DNA from: Pyrinomonadaceae bacterium
GTDB taxonomy: Bacteria; Acidobacteriota; Blastocatellia; Pyrinomonadales; Pyrinomonadaceae
Reading direction: 5' to 3'
Length of the DNA stretch: 27,270 nucleotides
NCBI GenBank assembly: GCA_041746235.1
Contig: JBGTHN010000322.1
Span: 1 to 27,270 of the forward strand
Below the pieces are notes generated by a model. It saw nothing but the letters and a program-made list of their open reading frames with translations, did not search any database and was not told where the DNA came from. Of the stretch, positions 26,369 through 27,270 are shown piece after piece. The position numbers were made by a program, and so were the translations under genes. Every line of letters begins with the position of its first letter. Position 1 is the first letter of the stretch.

Positions 26369-27136
26369 ATGACATCTTCGGCTTTAATTCTATTGATTTT
26401 GCTCTTTTTCATAATGAGTGCGATCGGTGTTGTAACAGGAAGCAATTCGCTGGTCACAGTTCCGGTTATGTTTCAATTCGGGATCGAACCGAAAATTGCC
26501 GTGGCGACAAATATGTTCGGTTTGACCTTTATGAATATTGGTGCGACCTTGCCGTTTTTGAAAACGAACGTAATTGAATACAAAAAAGTTACGCCGTTGA
26601 TCGGAATAACGCTTGTTGCATCGGCTTTAGGAGCAATGCTCGTCGGTTATATCACGAGTCAAAATATTAAAGTTATCGTCACGGTCGGAATGATCTGCGT
26701 TGCGGTTTTTACGCTTTTGAAACGTGATGCGGGAATTGCAAAGATCGCCGAAATTTCAACGCGGGCAACCGTTATAACTTATATTTTTACTTTTTTATTA
26801 GGCATTTACGGCGGACTTTACAGCGGCGGTTACACGACACTTTTGACGGCACTTTACGTAGCATTTTTCGGTATGACATTTACCGAAGCTGTTGCCGGAA
26901 CAAAACTTATAAATGTTTTTTCGTCGGGAATTGCAACAATAATTTTCGCCTGGCAAGGTTTGATTGATTACAAACTTGGCATTATTCTAGCGATTACAAT
27001 GTTCATCGCCGCATATATCGGAGCAAAAACCGTAACGAAATTAAACGACGTTTGGCTCAAAAGAATTTTTCTCGCTGTTGTGTTTTTACTGGCTTTGTAT
27101 ATGATTCAAGATTTTATATTTAAGATTCAAAATTGA
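26369..27136 (+). CDS. Sulfite exporter TauE/SafE (TSUP) family membrane protein
   Basis: 255 aa, hydrophobic, with SAIGVVTGSNSLVTVP, AVATN, LGIYGGLYSGG, AVAGTKLIN, AYIGAK; two-repeat TSUP layout. Confidence 0.9.
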   Translation: MTSSALILLILLFFIMSAIGVVTGSNSLVTVPVMFQFGIEPKIAVATNMFGLTFMNIGATLPFLKTNVIEYKKVTPLIGITLVASALGAMLVGYITSQNIKVIVTVGMICVAVFTLLKRDAGIAKIAEISTRATVITYIFTFLLGIYGGLYSGGYTTLLTALYVAFFGMTFTEAVAGTKLINVFSSGIATIIFAWQGLIDYKLGIILAITMFIAAYIGAKTVTKLNDVWLKRIFLAVVFLLALYMIQDFIFKIQN

Positions 27137-27251
27137 AAAATCTTGAACTTTGAATCTTGAATCTTGAATCTTGAATCTTGAATCTTGAATCTTGAATCTT
27201 GAATCTTGAACTTTGAATCTTGAATCTTGAATCTTGAATCTTGAATCTTGA
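27106..27251. repeat. Heptamer arrays: TCAAGAT-type x4 (27106-27133, inside the TSUP 3' end) facing (ATCTTGA) x16 (27140-27251)
   Basis: 16 contiguous units counted, 14 ATCTTGA plus ACTTTGA at units 2 and 11. Confidence 0.97.
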
Positions 27252-27255
27252 ATTT

Positions 27256-27270
27256 ATGTTAAACCATACA
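27256..27270 (+). CDS. Possible start of the next gene (MLNHT...), truncated by the window edge
   Basis: ATG 4 nt after the heptamer array, in the same position as other array-adjacent starts. Only 5 codons are visible. Confidence 0.3.

Noticed and set aside
1-27270. tRNA, rRNA, prophage, integrase or transposase
   Set aside because: None recognised by eye; intergenic gaps are short and explained by repeats or promoters. A tRNAscan/Rfam run would be needed to exclude small RNAs in 21662-22190.

Overview
AT-rich bacterial chromosomal window, most likely Acidobacteriota of the Blastocatellia/Pyrinomonadaceae type. The lineage is an inference from the CarboxypepD_reg TonB-dependent receptor, the ECF/anti-sigma type and the heptamer-array intergenic DNA. 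From left to right: (1) a minus-strand envelope/signalling run of ECF sigma, membrane anti-sigma, DUF3592-like protein, a secreted protein apparently cut by an in-frame TGA, a Zn-ribbon membrane protein, an STM3941-like protein and a membrane-anchored Hanks-type Ser/Thr kinase that runs off the left edge and is missing from the ORF track; (2) housekeeping genes ald, VanZ-family, galU and serS; (3) a mazEF-type toxin-antitoxin pair with operator; (4) a SAM methyltransferase, sppA, DUF72 and a second methyltransferase; (5) an NtrC-family sigma54 activator converging on a TonB-dependent receptor and a LolA-like secreted protein, with a near-consensus sigma54 promoter in front of the receptor; (6) a membrane protein-DUF4129-DUF4350 cluster followed by a 21-bp VNTR, a TauE/SafE exporter and a 16-unit heptamer array. 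No rRNA, tRNA, CRISPR array or transposase was seen. The best leads are a duplicated bipartite 28-bp motif that looks like the promoter of the local ECF sigma, the sigma54 promoter/activator/receptor locus, and recurring inverted pairs of heptamer arrays next to start codons. All protein-family calls come from motif recognition by eye, not database searches.
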